Shown here: positions 1 to 13,900 of the stretch, one piece after another
How positions within the stretch are numbered: position 1 is the stretch's first letter
Layout: each line of letters starts with the position of its first letter
Source: Isurus oxyrinchus
Lineage: Eukaryota
Reading direction: 5' to 3'
Assembly: GCA_026770705.1 (NCBI GenBank)
Contig: JANJGN010000041.1
Location: 1,240,001 to 1,304,000 of the forward strand
DNA length: 64,000 nt
The notes under the pieces: model-generated
Databases searched by the model: none
What the model was told of the DNA's origin: nothing
The model's input: only the letters and a program-made list of their open reading frames with translations
Position numbers and translations under genes: made by a program

Positions 1-639
1 CTGTGTTTTTTGAGATCAGCGCATGTTCCTCGATTCTGCACTTTTGGGCAGCCTGGAAATGGACTTCCACTTGTTCTGGTGCAGACCTTAGGCCTGCACG
101 TCTCAAAGGAAACTTCATAATTTAGCAAACTCCTCTTTGGGTTTCTGTTTTCATTTTGTAAATATATCACTAACTCCACCAGCAATGTTGACATGTTATC
201 TCAGGTCACACCATGGGAATCCAGGGACTCATTCCAGCCATTTTTAGATTTTGGCTTCATTCATTTAGCTGTTGCGATGTTGCAAAGTCTTATTAAATGA
301 CTTCCGGTGGAATTGTCGAACTTGTATGATGTTGCAGTGCAGGAGAGACAGTACAGACCAAAGTGGCAAGGGCACAACCTCTATGTGGCAAGGAAATTAC
401 AGTGAAGTGCAAGCATTGTAGAATACTTAGAACGAGGGAGTTCAATTAGTCGAATGTAGATACTGATAATAGCAGTTCCTAAACTATGCTCAAGAAACAT
501 TTCGACTGCAGTGTTTCCAGTTCCTGGAGAAATGAGGCACTGCTGGACCACATTCTTGGAAATTAAGTGTACCAACTGGAAAAAAAATTCGCAAGAGACC
601 TTGCACAGATTAAATGAACCAGAATATTTAGACTAACTG

Positions 640-3200
640 TGGAAGAGGTCAATGCCAATCCAGGTTAATAATGCTGACTATCGCTGATAAATCCCTGCCT
701 CTCCAAGCAGAGGTTAGTCCTCTCCCAGATATATATATATTTTTTTTCCGGAAGTTTCCCTACCACTGATATTAGATCCTCTAGTTTAGAGCTCCCTGGA
801 TTTTTGGCACCTAATTTGAATAATGATAATACCTTCGCTGAACTTCAGTCAACTGATACTCTCCTGCGACGAGGCTGGATTTTGAAATTAATGTCAGGGA
901 CATTTCAATCTCCTTCCTTGCCCTACGGAGCAGCCTGGAAATCATCTCATCTGGGTTTGGGGAGTTATCTACTTCAAAGTCAGCTAAAACATCTAATATC
1001 TCCTCCCTCTCAATCCTAAATTATTCAAGTGCATCACAGTCCCCGTCCCTGATTTCTTTACCTACATTGCCCTTCTCTACACTAAAAACAGATGCAAGGT
1101 GCACATTTGAAATACCATCTAATTCGCACAAATCCAAACATAAATGGCTAATATTGTTCTGTTTGCGAGCTGCTCTTTCCCTGGTTATCCTCTGGACCAT
1201 AAAATACTTAATCAAATCCTTTTTGCTTTACTTTATTTTACCTGCAAGTGTTTTCCAATGTCCCTCTTCAATCTGCTACTTTCCTTATTTAAGTAACTAC
1301 ACACAATTTACATATTCCTTTAGGACTCATGCTGTTTTGAGCCATCAGCTTCCTCGAGGAGCTTCCTGTTTTTCCTTATACAATCCAGTACATCCCTCGA
1401 AATCCAGGGCTCTCTGGAGGTTTTTGCCCCAGCACTCACTATTTCATTTTTTTGCAAAACTCCCTCTGCTCTGATGCAGGTTTTTTGACAAATGGACGCT
1501 CCCAGTTCACTTTGACAGGATCGTATATTAAATTATTAAAAACATGTTTTCCCCAATTCAGCAGCATTATATCGGGTGCATTTTATCCTTCCCAATATCT
1601 ACCTCAACTCTTACTGAGTTATGGACAAAATCAGAGAAATTCACCCCCTTTAAAACTACTACCAATAGCCCAGCTTTGTTCCCAAATGCTAAGCCCAGCA
1701 CTGCTCCCTTTCTTGTGGGATTCATATTTTTCACATTAAAAAACTCCCCTCGGTACATTTTGAAAATTCTGTCCTCTCTAAGCCATCCACACTTTCTATA
1801 TCCTCGTAAATAGGGGAAATTGGAAACCTACTATTTTTACCCTATTATTGTTCCACTTCTCTGAGATTTGGCTACATGTCAGCCTTTGTATCAGTCTCGC
1901 TGTTTGGGGGTGGCAAAGTGATCGGCCCCTTTTTGAATTTAAGCTCAAACCATACGGCTCCATCTGAGGAACCAACTAAGGTATCATCTTTCCTCTTTGC
2001 AGCAAATGACTCATTGATCAATGTTGTGAACCAACTCCTCTATTCCGACCTCCCTCCCCCGCAACGGCAGCCTCGTCTCGACTGCGGATTCCATAAACAG
2101 AATTTTGAGCTGCCAGCCCAGCCCTTTCCTTCACCAGATCTCTGTGTTAATCAACACTCTCAATTCATCTGCCCGACTCACATGACTCCTTGGATTAAAA
2201 TAAGTGCCATCCATCCCTGCCTTCTCCTTTGTGCCTTAACTTGACGATATAATCGCTGTCTTCCTGGCTGCGGTAGTTTTTCTTCTAAACTAGCCTATAA
2301 ATCACATCCTACTTTACATCCATTACATATCCTATTGCATTGCCAAATTTGTTTAAACCCACACCAACACACCTAGTGACCCAGAAACCTCCAGTAATCC
2401 TCCTGCACCACATCATCAGCCACACATTAATTTACTCTATCCACCTATTTTTCTTCACAGTAGGACGTGGCATCGGAATTAATCCAGAAATTAGAATCTT
2501 TGATGCCCTGCTTTTCAAGCTGCTACCTTGCTCCCTAAATTATTGTTGCAGGTCCTCATCCCGCGTTGTACATAAGTCATTTAGGACGAATGTGAACCAT
2601 AGCATTTGGCTGCTTGCCCTCCCCATTCAGAATTTCTTGGAGCAGTAAAATGACAGTCTTGACACAGGCTCAAGGGACGCAACACACCATTCTGGAGTTA
2701 TGCCTTTGGCCGCTGACACGCCTGACTGACCCACAATTTGGGTTCTCTGACACTATTGTTCTCCCTCACTTTCTCCACCCCCCCCCCCCCCCCCCAGCGT
2801 GCGTAGCTCGGCTCTGGCTGCATTCTCAATAGGAATAAACACGGGCACCATTTTCCAACACAGAGAAAGAAACTGTTCTTAAATGAGACACACTCTGTGC
2901 CTTTCCAGACAACTGCTTGCATCCCTTCTTCTGATTTGGGTCACCCATTCCTTGTCTGAATGTGCTTCCTTAAACTGTGCGGTGACTGTGTGAAAAAAGA
3001 AAAAGAAACATGCTGTCTATATGAGTCTTGGGCACTGGAGTGCACCACTGCATCCAGCCGATGGTTCAGCTCCAACACCCGGTTCTCAAGCGCGTTAAAC
3101 AGATGCCAAATTCATCATATATGGTCATCCAGGCAGCCAGGAGTGCCTTATGTATGTCTGCCTCTATCTGAAACTTGCTGACCAGCTGTACCGACCGTAA
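640..3200 (-). mobile_element. Decayed CR1-clade LINE (ORF1 remnant, APE endonuclease, start of RT)
   Basis: Minus ORF 1567..1758 NPTRKGAVLGLAFGNKAG..FSDFVHNSVRVEV matches the CR1 APE motif PTREGAVLDLVLGNE..SDHNSV; flanks are collinear with CR1. Confidence 0.75.
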
Positions 3201-3770
3201 AGCACCAAGAGCAGCTGCCTGATTGGGGAAGAAGGCCCTGAGTTACAAAATGAAGTCCCAGATTGTCTGTTGCGTCTTTTAGCCACATAATGATGCTCCC
3301 TGTTTGGCTCAGCTAGGTGTCGTTCACCAGGCGGATTTATCACGCGAATGTCAATCAAATACCAAATAGGCTTAGTGAATCGTGATTCACCTGGTCAATC
3401 ATTCCAATTGGATGAAGTGGCTTCTAATAACGGGGTGAGCGAATTAATAGAGTAGCTGTGGAGATGGTGGTTTGGGGTAGTGGTTGTGTGAGTCCCTGGG
3501 TGAATCTCTGGCTTGGCTGTGCTGCCTGTCAGACAGCGGTGGAGCTCCTGGATTGGCTCAGTCCCTGAATAATGTGCAGAACCGATACTTCACCACAGAC
3601 TTTAACAGCTGTCTGATTTTGGAGTTACTCACTGCATAAATTGACGTATTTGTGCAGCAACTTTAATTCATCAGCATAAGTTGACATATATGTTCAGGAT
3701 ATCAATATTGATCTAATTCTCTAATTTTAACACATACGAATGTATAAGATTCCCCGACCAGGAATCTGAT

Positions 3771-4184
3771 TTTGTGCTGGTTAGAATACATTCAGCAGGG
3801 TGTTGATAAGTGAGTGGGTTTACTGCTGGTAAAACTACCTACAGCAGGGTATTGATAAGTGAATGGGGTTTTGTGCTGGATAAAATACATTCAGCCGAGT
3901 GGTGATAAGTGATTGGTATTTAGAGCTGGTTAAAATACACGCAACAGAGTGTTAATATGTGAGTGGGATTTAATGCTGATTAACATAGATTCAACAGAGT
4001 GTTGACAAGTTAATGGATTTAGTGCTGTTTCAAATACATTCAGCAGGGTCATAATATGTGAGTGGGATGGATTGCTGGTTAAAATAGATTCGGCACAGTG
4101 TTGATAAGTGCGTGCTGGTTTAAATACATTCAGCAGATTGGTGCTAAGTGATTGAGATTTCACGCTATTTAAAATACATTCAGC
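3771..4184. repeat. ~50-bp minisatellite, about 8 diverged copies
   Basis: GCTG(G)TTAAAATACATTCAGCAGGGTGTTGATAAGTG-like unit at 3776, 3825, 3875, 3925, 3975, 4024 and onward. Confidence 0.85.
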
Positions 4185-4244
4185 TGCAATTTCCATGTCC
4201 CCCTGCTTAATTCCCAGATTTCATCCACGCTGTGACTAACCCAA

Positions 4245-4590
4245 TCCCTCTCTTATCTCTTTTTCACCTCCCCTCCCGTTACTCAATTTCTTCCTCTCTC
4301 CCTCTCTTATTGTCCATCTCTCCCTTTCTCAAAGTTGTTCCCTTCCAGACTCTATTTTCTCTTTATCGCTTTCGTGCTCTCTGTTTTTCTGTCCCTCTCC
4401 ACCCCAGTCGGTTCATCTCTCACTATGCCTCCACCCCTCTCTCTTTCAGCCTCTTTCTCTCCCCCCCACCGCCCCCACTAAACTCACATTCTTTCTATCT
4501 ATTTTTCAACCTCTCTTTGTCTTTCTGTCTGTTACGCAACCTGCCTCTTTCTCGCTCTCTCTTTCTCTACGTCAATCTCTATGCATCTCT
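4245..4590. repeat. CT-rich low-complexity tract
   Basis: Pyrimidine-rich composition. Confidence 0.75.
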
Positions 4591-5604
4591 TTTAGGGAGA
4601 TCGAGGTCCATTTGTGCATTCTTGCCCCACATACACACACCAAATCCACTGCAACGCCGCTCCCTTTCTGCAGATGAATTGATACCCACTTCCTTTATAT
4701 ACAATAGAATCCAGCGTGAGCTGGGCTGCTGCCCATGCACTAATTTCTGCTGATACCTCACTTTCAGCATGTTTTCTTACTGCCTTTGTTGGTTACCTGA
4801 ATTCTATGCTGTGACCGCACCTCCTCTAACAAGATCTCACCACGTTCCACACCGGCATTCCCGTTTGGCTTCCAATCACGTGTTGGTTGGAGGATTCCTG
4901 TCCAATCACTGAGAAGCAGTGGACAGTTGCACTGGCGATTTTGGAAGTAGGCTATCAGTGGCTAAGTTTTCTGTTCAATCAGTACGAGAGAGAAGGATAA
5001 TGGACCTGTCTTGTGGGCAATGGAAGTGTGCAAATGGCTTGAGCTGTGTTACCTTCCGTTCCTGTGTGGGGGAGGGGACAATAGGCTGTATCCGCCAATT
5101 GGATCGGAGGAGCTGGTCAGTGAGGGAACATTCACGCCCTCCCCTCGCGCCCTTTCCCCATCCCACTCCACCTCTACAGCTATAAATAAGAGAGAGTGCT
5201 TTAATTCTGGAAAATAATGGTGCATGTGTTCACCCAATGAGATGAATTTACCTCAAGGCAAACTGAGCAATGAAAAGAGAAAATTTTGGAAGCTCTGAAT
5301 GATTCGGTTCCATTTATAAGGACCCGTTGACTGCACTAGACACCCCCATCCTACCCCCATTCACCCGTGCCAGCTGGAAATGTTAAATTCATTGAGAGAA
5401 TTCAGGAAACTCCTAGTAATTTAAGTCTTCTCAATTGTTATTTAAGGCACTCCCTCCACCCCAACAAGCCCACCCCAGTTTCCACCCCTATCCACTGAAA
5501 ACGTTAAGTTCAATGTTAAAATTCAGGAAGATTGCATTGATTAATTCCACCCAGTGACAGACCCATATCCCGTGCTGGAAATGTGAAATTATGTCCTAGA
5601 AATG

Positions 5605-6524
5605 TCAGATATTCAGCTCTTCTAATCATTGAACTAATTAAAGAATTTAATTGAAGGGATATTTCAACATTTTCCAAAACTGCTCCCTGAACTTAGTCTG
5701 TGTCACAGCATAAATCCAAGTGTTTGTGCTGCAACTTAGGAGCTGCAACATGAAACCCAATTCCGTAACAAAAAAGTGTAGATACAGAGAATTAAAGCCA
5801 AAATCATACTTTCGGGTCCATATGGAAAAAAAGCATTAACATTGCTCATAAAACAATGAAATTGGCTGAAATATAAAACAGTAAGATGATCGATTTCTTT
5901 CGATTGTCCATCTCTGTGTCTCTGGGAATCTCCCCTCTCCAATGAGACTGAAGTCTCCTGCGGGTCCTGCTGGTCACTAAAATATACTCGACTGTCAAAA
6001 TATTGATGAGCAGGATCAGTACAAATGGGACACAAGGTGTTAGAATGTGATGGGTGAACTCGATTGTTACCCAGACAGGAGAGAACAGAACCTCTTTTGT
6101 GTAACAACAAAACCAGGGGAAGTTTACCAGCCAGTGCTGACCTGTGAGCAAAAAACACCAGAAAATGTTCTTTGAACAGTTCAGTGCAATCACGGTTCCC
6201 AGAATCACAGCTGCCGTTTTTTCATTGCAATATTTAGTTTTCAGCTTCGGGCAACAAATGGCCACAAATCGATCCAAGGTAAAAGTGACGGTGAACCACA
6301 TAGAACAGTCAGTGGCTGCATAGAGCAGGACGGTGTGGAATTACACACGTTGATTGATTGCAGGAAAATAAAATACTTATCAAACACAATTGGAATATGC
6401 CTGAGTGTCAGGTCCAGGATAATGACCAGTAGATCAGCCACTGCCATGGCCACCAGGTAACGGATAACACAATTGGAGAGACCACACCTCCGGCGCCTGA
6501 GTATCACAATCGTGAGTAGGTTCA
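5605..6524 (-). pseudogene. GPR139-like: Exon 2 of GPCR copy A (TM1 end to TM7 and helix 8), disrupted
   Basis: ORF pieces 6241..6618 and 5846..6301 plus a third frame assemble into a 7TM receptor collinear with copy B. Confidence 0.88.
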
Positions 6525-7649
6525 CTGCAAGGAAAGGTAATAAACCATAAAATGATATATCACTCTGGTACCAAAGTTGCCAATATGATTGAGATGCGAT
6601 GGAGATGTATGACAGCATCCTCCGGTGTATTGAATTGAATGGTCCTGAAAGAAGGTATAAAAAAACGTCAGTAAAATTCCGTGGAAGGAATGATACATTG
6701 AATAGTTAAAATAAGGAGGTGGAAATAGAGTGGAGATGAGAGTTGCAGGAGAGCGGGAATAGTTAAGAGACAGGGGAGTAAAGGAGTAATCGGGGGATAA
6801 TAGGTGCACTTAGCTGTCATTGAGGCTTATGGAGTGGCAGGTGAGTGTGCCTATTACAGGTGGTACCATGGGTGAGTGTGGAACGCATAAGTCAGAGGGA
6901 AGAAAAGTTTGAGTGAGAGGAGCCCGAGATGATGATTGTGTTAAGGACAAAGAAGAGAAATGGGTTAATTTAATATTTTGCTCAACACATCTTCCAGACA
7001 GGAATGCTCTGCGGTTATGAGAAGGAATGTTTCCTCTCTCCAATGATGGTATTTTAAGAATTTCGAATCGAGCTTTCTTGCGAATTATCATTTCAAATGA
7101 AAGGATAAACGTCCATCTCTTACAAAATACACAAACACAAATAATCATGATCATGTACAACACAAACTCTCATACACCCTCACACAATGTATGATGATTT
7201 GCAGAAATGCAGCACATACTTAAATTATTACGAATGTAGAACAGGAACAGCTCATTTCTTAAATTTCTTAATGTGTTGGTTGAAAACGTTGCAGGACTGA
7301 AGTGTTCGTTATCGGTGATTGAAGACAAATGGAGTTTGGAAATATTTGGCTTTTAGTCTACATTGTGGCGGAGCCTCTGTATTGAAGAACTGTACCAACC
7401 TGTAAAGCCTATCAGCCTCTTTTAATGCGTGAAATCTTCAAAAATATCTCTTGGCGAATCTAATTTTGAAGTGTTTCTTTTATTAGCAACAGTCTCCCTG
7501 ACCTTTGATCTTGTTGTTGGATTTCCAATGCGTAAACATTAATATTTACGTTCAGTACAACTTCAGAAAAGGAAGTTATGTGCTAACGGGATTCTTAGAG
7601 AGCAGATCAAAACAACCTGTCAAAGGCGAGACCATCCAGGATATATCTT

Positions 7650-8480
7650 AACACAATCTCCTCTACACTTTCGTTGCCCTCTGGATTCCTGGTGACATTG
7701 CCTGTATCCTTATGATGGTGATGACATGAAGGATGCAGCAGAATACTATGAAAATGATCAGCTGCTCCACTGTGTACTGTAGGGTTCACTCCAAACGGCT
7801 CAGGAATCAGAAGCGTTTGTTTACCCACTCTGGCAGGCCGATCCACAATACCCTATGCAACTGCATTGCTCTTGCCATTGACATGTTATGTTCACCTGCT
7901 TGGTTTGAGTTAGGGAATGGCAAAGTTGTGCTTTTTTGATCCATGTACCGACGGGGCGGCCTTCAAATCTGAAAAGCCACTGTGCGGGTCTCTATGGATC
8001 TACAAAGATGCTGGAAACGTCCGAGTGCTTCATCATGAAGGCATTGCAGCTCTTGTCAGGATATTGGATATTCAACAAAATGTTGTACTGTGCCTAAACA
8101 AACATCAAATGCACGTCAATACAGTGATAGTTCTCTCAGAGCCTTTAACTCTGTCCATTCTAATGGGAACACGGCAGAATCACTTACGCCGTCGGGAATC
8201 CCTCTACCATAGGAGGCCATGGGACCGATCATTTTGCTTCTCCCTATTGAGGGAACAACAGTGAAAAGCGTGGCACCCAGCATAGATGTTCTCTGTCAGC
8301 TAGTGAATACATCGTTAGACAAAATATAACACCAGCTATTCTCTGCCTGGAATCTTCCGAATCCATAGAAGTTTCAATGATCTTGTGAACTTAGCGTCCA
8401 AAGACTGCAGCTCCCTCAACCTGGTGCGTGGCCCCAGGTGCTGCTAAAGGAGGTGACACGTGTCTGTAACACTTTATTGT
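7650..8480 (-). mobile_element. Harbinger/PIF (HARBI1-like) transposase remnant in the intron of copy A
   Basis: Minus strand reads ..QYPDKSCNAFMMKHS.. and ..LQYTVEQLIIFIVFCCILHVITIIR, resembling DDE_Tnp_4 motifs YPGSSHDAFIL and IVVCCMLHN; homologous to 54600-55560. Confidence 0.65.
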
Positions 8481-9595
8481 GGTGTCAGAGTTATATCCGT
8501 CTCTGCACATGTTTTAAGTGTAGGTTTGTAAAGTGTCCCTGAAAATCCCGCGGTGCTTAGGGCAGTGCAATTCCCTCCCTCAACCCACCACCCCCCACCC
8601 CCGACCACCAAGTGTTAACAGGCGTTCCCCTCCCTCTTCACTCCACTCCTTTCGCCAGTCATGGTACAGGTCCAGATGGATTGTAATTACAGGCCCGAAA
8701 CCTTTTCCAAGGTAAGGCCTATAAATCCTCTTTCCTTTCTCAATGTATGCAGCCCCTCACAGCACAGCACCATGAAAACAATCTGCAGCACCTCAATGGA
8801 CTTTGCAATAACAGAAGTCAGTCAAAAGCCCTTCAGCTGACAGTTAGATGTCCGGCCCGTCTCAATTAAAGTGGAGAGGGTGCCTCGTGTTGTTTAACAA
8901 ACATTTAGCCGATGGTGATTAACACAGGCTTTCGGTGGACAGGTACAGACAGTGTTTAAAAGTCAAGTGTCAAACATGCTGAAAACCCCTGCACAACAAG
9001 AGACACCATGTGTGAGTTTCTGGACATGGGAGTGATTGGAGAAATGAGATTAAAGAGTGATCAAGTGACAGGATTGGAATTTTGAAATTGACGAGCTGAA
9101 AGACCTGGAAGCAATGTTGGCCCTTGAGCGCAGGGATGATGGTGGAATGAGATTTGGCATGGGTTAGTTTACAGAAAGCAGAGTTTTGTATAGGGTATGT
9201 TTTAAGAAGGTTCATAACTGTAATTGTATGGCCAGATTAACATTTTAATAGCCAAGTCTGGCTTTGACAAATGCACAGCTCAGGGACCATTCGGGTGATG
9301 CGCTGCTGCTGTAAGGATCGTGGGTGAGGCTGCAGAGCTGTTCGAAGACAGGCTTCTGGATGGAAAGGGTGTGGGCTCACATATCAGCTCAGGGCAAAAT
9401 GGAGCCTCGGGGTCGAAGACACTATAGTCCAGGCTTAGATGGCGGCGTGGTAGTCGGTTGGAGTGACTGGATAGGGAACGGTCATTAAAACGGGAAAAGT
9501 AGCAAATGACTTGCATCTTCCTGAAATGTAAAAGACAGTAATAGTAATGCATTAAATCTGGTTCAAATAACAGATTGTTGCATGTAGATTCTTAC

Positions 9596-9770
9596 CGGTG
9601 ACACCAAAAAGAGCCAGGATGGGAAAGTAACCCAATTGGATTAATGAAATTACACCCTTGATCCTATCAGCTAATGATATCCGATCTGGAGAATGGTAGT
9701 AAAGCCCCGAGTATAAACTCCTGTCCATTTTTGTAAAATTCCAAGACTTTGTTCTAAGATTCTGATTCAT
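9596..9770 (-). other. Exon 1 of GPCR copy A (N-terminus and start of TM1; 175 nt, phase-1 donor)
   Basis: ATG at 9770, 58 codons plus G, then a GTAAG donor; same length as exon 1 of B and C. Confidence 0.85.
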
Positions 9771-12114
9771 TGTTGTGACGTTCCAATCTATTATTCCCAG
9801 GTTCTGATATTTTCTCTCCCCTTCTCTGGAATCATTGATCCTTGTAAGTGCTGAATGCGACTGTCCCCCTGACATGAGGTGAAAGCACTTTGAAATGAGC
9901 CCGTAAAAATGGCAGAGCGAAACCCTCCTGTGACACAATTAGGATCCAGGGAGATTGAAGTTAATTACAGGGACTGAACAAAGCGGTTCAGTTAACGTCT
10001 TGCTATCCAACATTTTTTAATCACAACAGAGCAGAACATTACCTGCCCTCTATAGGATGTATGTGGCTTGCTCATGGATGGAAGGCGGCGAATAGAGGTT
10101 TGACTGACCATGACATGTAAATGCACCTTGGAGTGATATCCGAGGACAGGAGGGATACAGGTGTTCCACGCTGTTTATATAAAACAGAGTTACAAAGCAT
10201 AAAGCGAATTGGATTGATGACCTATTTTAAGAAATCATTTATTTTAAAACCGTGGGTTCCTTAGTGAAAAAGATTCACAGGAGCCTTATTTTACTTCGCA
10301 TAACTCGCAAAAAAAGTATAATTAATCATGATCATATTACAGCAGGCAACCAAACATTTGGTAAGCTTTCATTACAGAGACATCGAAATAAGTGGCAGAA
10401 ACTCACGCTGCCCCTTTCATCCTACTAATGCCCTTATTAACCCAGGACACCAGCGTCCAGGCACCATTATTTCTGGACCAAGGATAACGCTTGTTCACTG
10501 GTAAAGAAGTTGATTTTCCAGTTGTCAACTGAACATTCACTGGACGCAATTGCAGTATTGGTATCTCCCTTGAGATATCCAGAATGCTCAATCTAAATTC
10601 ATCTATCCTTTACCCTTATAGGATTATCCACGAGTTCCTTAAGAATTTGGCATCATGGCCACTTGGAGAGAGACTGAGGGCTTTTCGTCGGGCCGTGACT
10701 CGTTGGCACTCTAACACCAACTTAAACTACAAGGTGATAGGCTCCTTGTCTTTATGTATCTCTGCAGATCCCCGTTATCACCAGTTGTGAGTCAACAACG
10801 CAGTTTTATTTCCTGCTTCTTGTTTTAGATTTAATTTCCCTAAATCAACAAATCCTTTCGAAGCCAATCTCTTCATTTCAAGATTCGTAAAGCATTCATT
10901 AAAATGTATACATCCAAGCAGTGCCCCAGGCTGGCCACGTGAATGTCGCAAAATTCCAAACTGAAACCAAACCCAGGCTTCACATTTTAAATACATTTGT
11001 AGCTTGCCTAAAATTACATCTAGTTCCCATCACTTACCCCGTAACAGGATAAGAATTGAAAGAGGCATTTTCATTTCCTGTTAGCATTTTCTCTCATCTA
11101 TATATCTATCTTATCTTACAGCTTTTACAATAGCTTTAACTATGTTCTTACAGCAAATTTGCTGGTAGTTTCGATAAGAATCATAATCTATACAGGTCCA
11201 TTTCAATTTTGGCTTTCTTCGTCCTCCATAGTTGCTCTAGATAAAGTAACTTCCAGCGACATGGCTGAGTTTTAAATTTTAATGGAGTAGACTTAAACTG
11301 AACGAACATAGTATCAGATTCTTGTTCCGAAACATTTCTAGGAAAGATAATGGATTCTGGTCGTTATAAAATGATAATTTCTGCAGAATCTTTGGAGGAG
11401 TAAACTTCAACATGTTTTGCAGCCATCATTATATTTAGATTATCTTCATCACTTCTGAGTATTTCTCCTGGTAAAAAAAAAAGTATATTTCCAGTAACGT
11501 AACAGACTGGCCAATCAATTCCAGAGCCACAGTGGATCAGGAGAAGCCGTTCACATTGGGGGAAGGAGGAAGGAGGAAGTATCAAAGGGGCACAGGTTGA
11601 AGAGTACAGAGTCACCCCAAGTCCTTCACATCCCCCCAAACCAAACGTGCCAGTTATTGACGTGTGCCTTATTACATGTGTAATGCATAGTTTTCAATGA
11701 ACCATAACTCACTTGAAAATTCATGTTTAAATTAGACTCATTTTGCATTGCAGGCTACCAATGGTAGCTACGTCAGTTTTTAGTGTTTCCTTAGCTTGAT
11801 TCTTGTATGGGACCAAACATCATTGGCTGAACAATATTTTTTGGAACTTCTGAGCCCATTAAAGTCTCTTCAAATATGCAGAGCTTGCATTCATTATCTC
11901 TGCCTCGCTATCAGCCTCTGTCTTGATACTTGCTGTTGGAGTGTCTCCTCAGTGCAAAGAGCGGACTTCACCTGCATTCATACTGAGAGGCGGTCACTCC
12001 TAATAATACAGTTGTCATGGGCAGATGAACGAGGGTTGGTGAGGATGATGCTAAGTAGGTTTTGTTGCCCATCATCAGGAGACACCGGCCCAAATTTTCG
12101 GGACTATCCTTTAA

Positions 12115-13080
12115 GAACAAAGTGCCTAGGAGCAGAAAACGGTCATTAGTTCCATCGATGAGATCATGGCTGACCTGATAATCCTGAAGACCATTTTCCC
12201 GGCCTTTCCCCCATAAAACTTGATTCACTTACTGATTAAAAATCTATCTGTCTCAGCCTTGAATATACTTATCCATCCAACCTCTACATGCCTCTGCGGT
12301 AAAGACTTCCACAGATTGAATACCTTCCTCCTCATCTCTCTTTGAATTTGGCGGCCCATTACTCTGAGTTTATGCCCTCTGACCATAAACTCTCCCACAG
12401 GGCGATACAACCATCCTGGGCAATGCAGCCCACTTTAATGGCACCACGTCTAAGAACATTCACTTCCTCCACCAGCGAAACACAGTAGCATGAATGTGTA
12501 CCATCCAGAAGATGCACTGCAACAACTGCCAAAAGCTCCTTCGATAGAGTCACACAAATCCACACCCACTACCATCTAGAAGGACTAGGGCAGCAGCCTT
12601 TAGGGAAATCCACCAGCTGGAAAATCCCTTGTGAGCAACGTACTATCCTGGCGTGGAAATATACCAGCCATTCCTTCACCGTCCCGAATCAAAATACAGG
12701 AACACCCTCCCTAACAGCACATTGAGTGCACCTACAGGACAGCAACTGTGGCGTTTCAAGATGTTGGCTCATCACAACGTTCCCCAGAGGCAATTAGGAA
12801 AAGGCAATAAATGTTATCCCGGCCAGTGAAGCACATATCCTGTAAATAAATAAAAATGACATCTACCATTTCAAGCACCATATGAATGTTATATCTTGCA
12901 ATAAGGCCGCCTCAAATTCTTCTAAACTGCAGTGGGTACAGGTCCAACCTACTCAACCGCTCCTCACAAGAAAATCCCTCCATCCTCAGGATTAGCCAAG
13001 TGTACATTCTCTGGACAACCTCCAATGCCACTATATCTTTCCTTAGATAAGGGGGGCAAAACTGTTCACAGTATTCCACG
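12115..13080 (-). mobile_element. CR1 LINE 3' end interrupted by a nested LINE 3' fragment
   Basis: ORF 12225..12410 RGHKLRV..LWKSLPQ..FKAETDRFL is a CR1 ORF2 C-terminus; CR1 sequence resumes at about 12860. Confidence 0.75.
12410..12856 (+). mobile_element. 3' end of a second non-LTR family (CR1/L2-type) with an A-rich tail
   Basis: Ends CAATTAGG..GCAATAAATG..GGCCAG..TAAATAAATAAAAA; related sequence is inverted at 26240-26960 and 27480-27800. Confidence 0.65.
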
Positions 13081-13900
13081 ACTCAGTCAGCTCACTCAAT
13101 GGTGGTGCTAACAATCCTGTCTTCAAGCTAAACATTGACAGCATTGACCCAGATTGCTCTCAGTAATCCTGCTCCCCCGAGTGCTTCTTCCAGCTGTCAT
13201 CAGTGTGGTATATTCATTCATCAGCTGAGGTGGGACCAGGAGGCGTTAGCATGCTGGTGCCACCAATTGCCATATACGCCCTGTTGCTATGTGGTATTGG
13301 GATCCAGGAGGACTGTTTAGGGTTTCCAGGACCACATACCTGCTGGATGTGGTGGATCTTCCCTGTGGATGGGGGACAAAGGCGGTGATGAATGAGCCTG
13401 GGATGTAGAGCGGAATTAAATCGCAGCATTGTTGAATCCACCAGTTGGAAAGCAGACTCTGTTGCTCCCTGTCCCCCACTCTTCCCACCACTCTCTCCGG
13501 CCTTGCCTATATGGCAGCACATGCCAGTTCGCCCGAGAAATGAGACATGGACAGGAGGCGGTGAGCAATGCAATGAGACTTTATTCACATGGTTCAGGAA
13601 AGCAGTGGGATCGGGTTCAAGGGGATTCTCTGCGTCTGAATGAAACGGCAATCAAGATTAGCTTCTGTCGGAGCCTCGGACATAGGTGCATCCTCCATGG
13701 CCTTGGGCCTCATTTAGACATGCATCAGTGAAAGTCTCTGGCGCACTTGTTAGCAATCTCGTCTGACTCGTTTTTGCAGGGGCTCGATTTCCAATACCCA
13801 ACATGTATGCATCCGAATGCGAGGGCTGGAAAAAAGCAGGAAAAATCTCATAAGTCATTGTTTGTGTTTCAGGGGTGGTCGTGTTGTTGGGGGGTGGGTA
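13080..13900 (-). mobile_element. 5'/APE portion of the second LINE family
   Basis: ..PPGPTSADE resembles the APE motif YRPPSADES; the GAGACATGGACAGGAGGCGGTGA block recurs near 19560 and 23380. Confidence 0.55.

Larger units (their letters stand above)
5605..9770 (-). pseudogene. GPR139-like: GPR139/GPR142-like class A GPCR pseudogene, copy A (2 exons: 9770-9596, 6524-~5605)
   Basis: Exon 1 MNQNLRT...YFPILALFGVT-G|GTAAG joins through TTGCAG| to exon 2 VNLLTIVIL..YLVAMAVADLLVII..DCSMWFTVTFTLDRFVAICCPKLK..PCVPFVLILLINILTV..RKKSIILL..NTWIYAVTQTKFREQ. Lesions: 1-nt deletion near 6339, TGG>TGA at 5848-5846, +1 T in the run at 5826-5832, early TAA at 5649-5647. Confidence 0.9.

Noticed and set aside
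4232-4753. 173-aa hydrophobic ORF
   Set aside because: It comes from a CT-rich low-complexity tract and has no recognisable domain.
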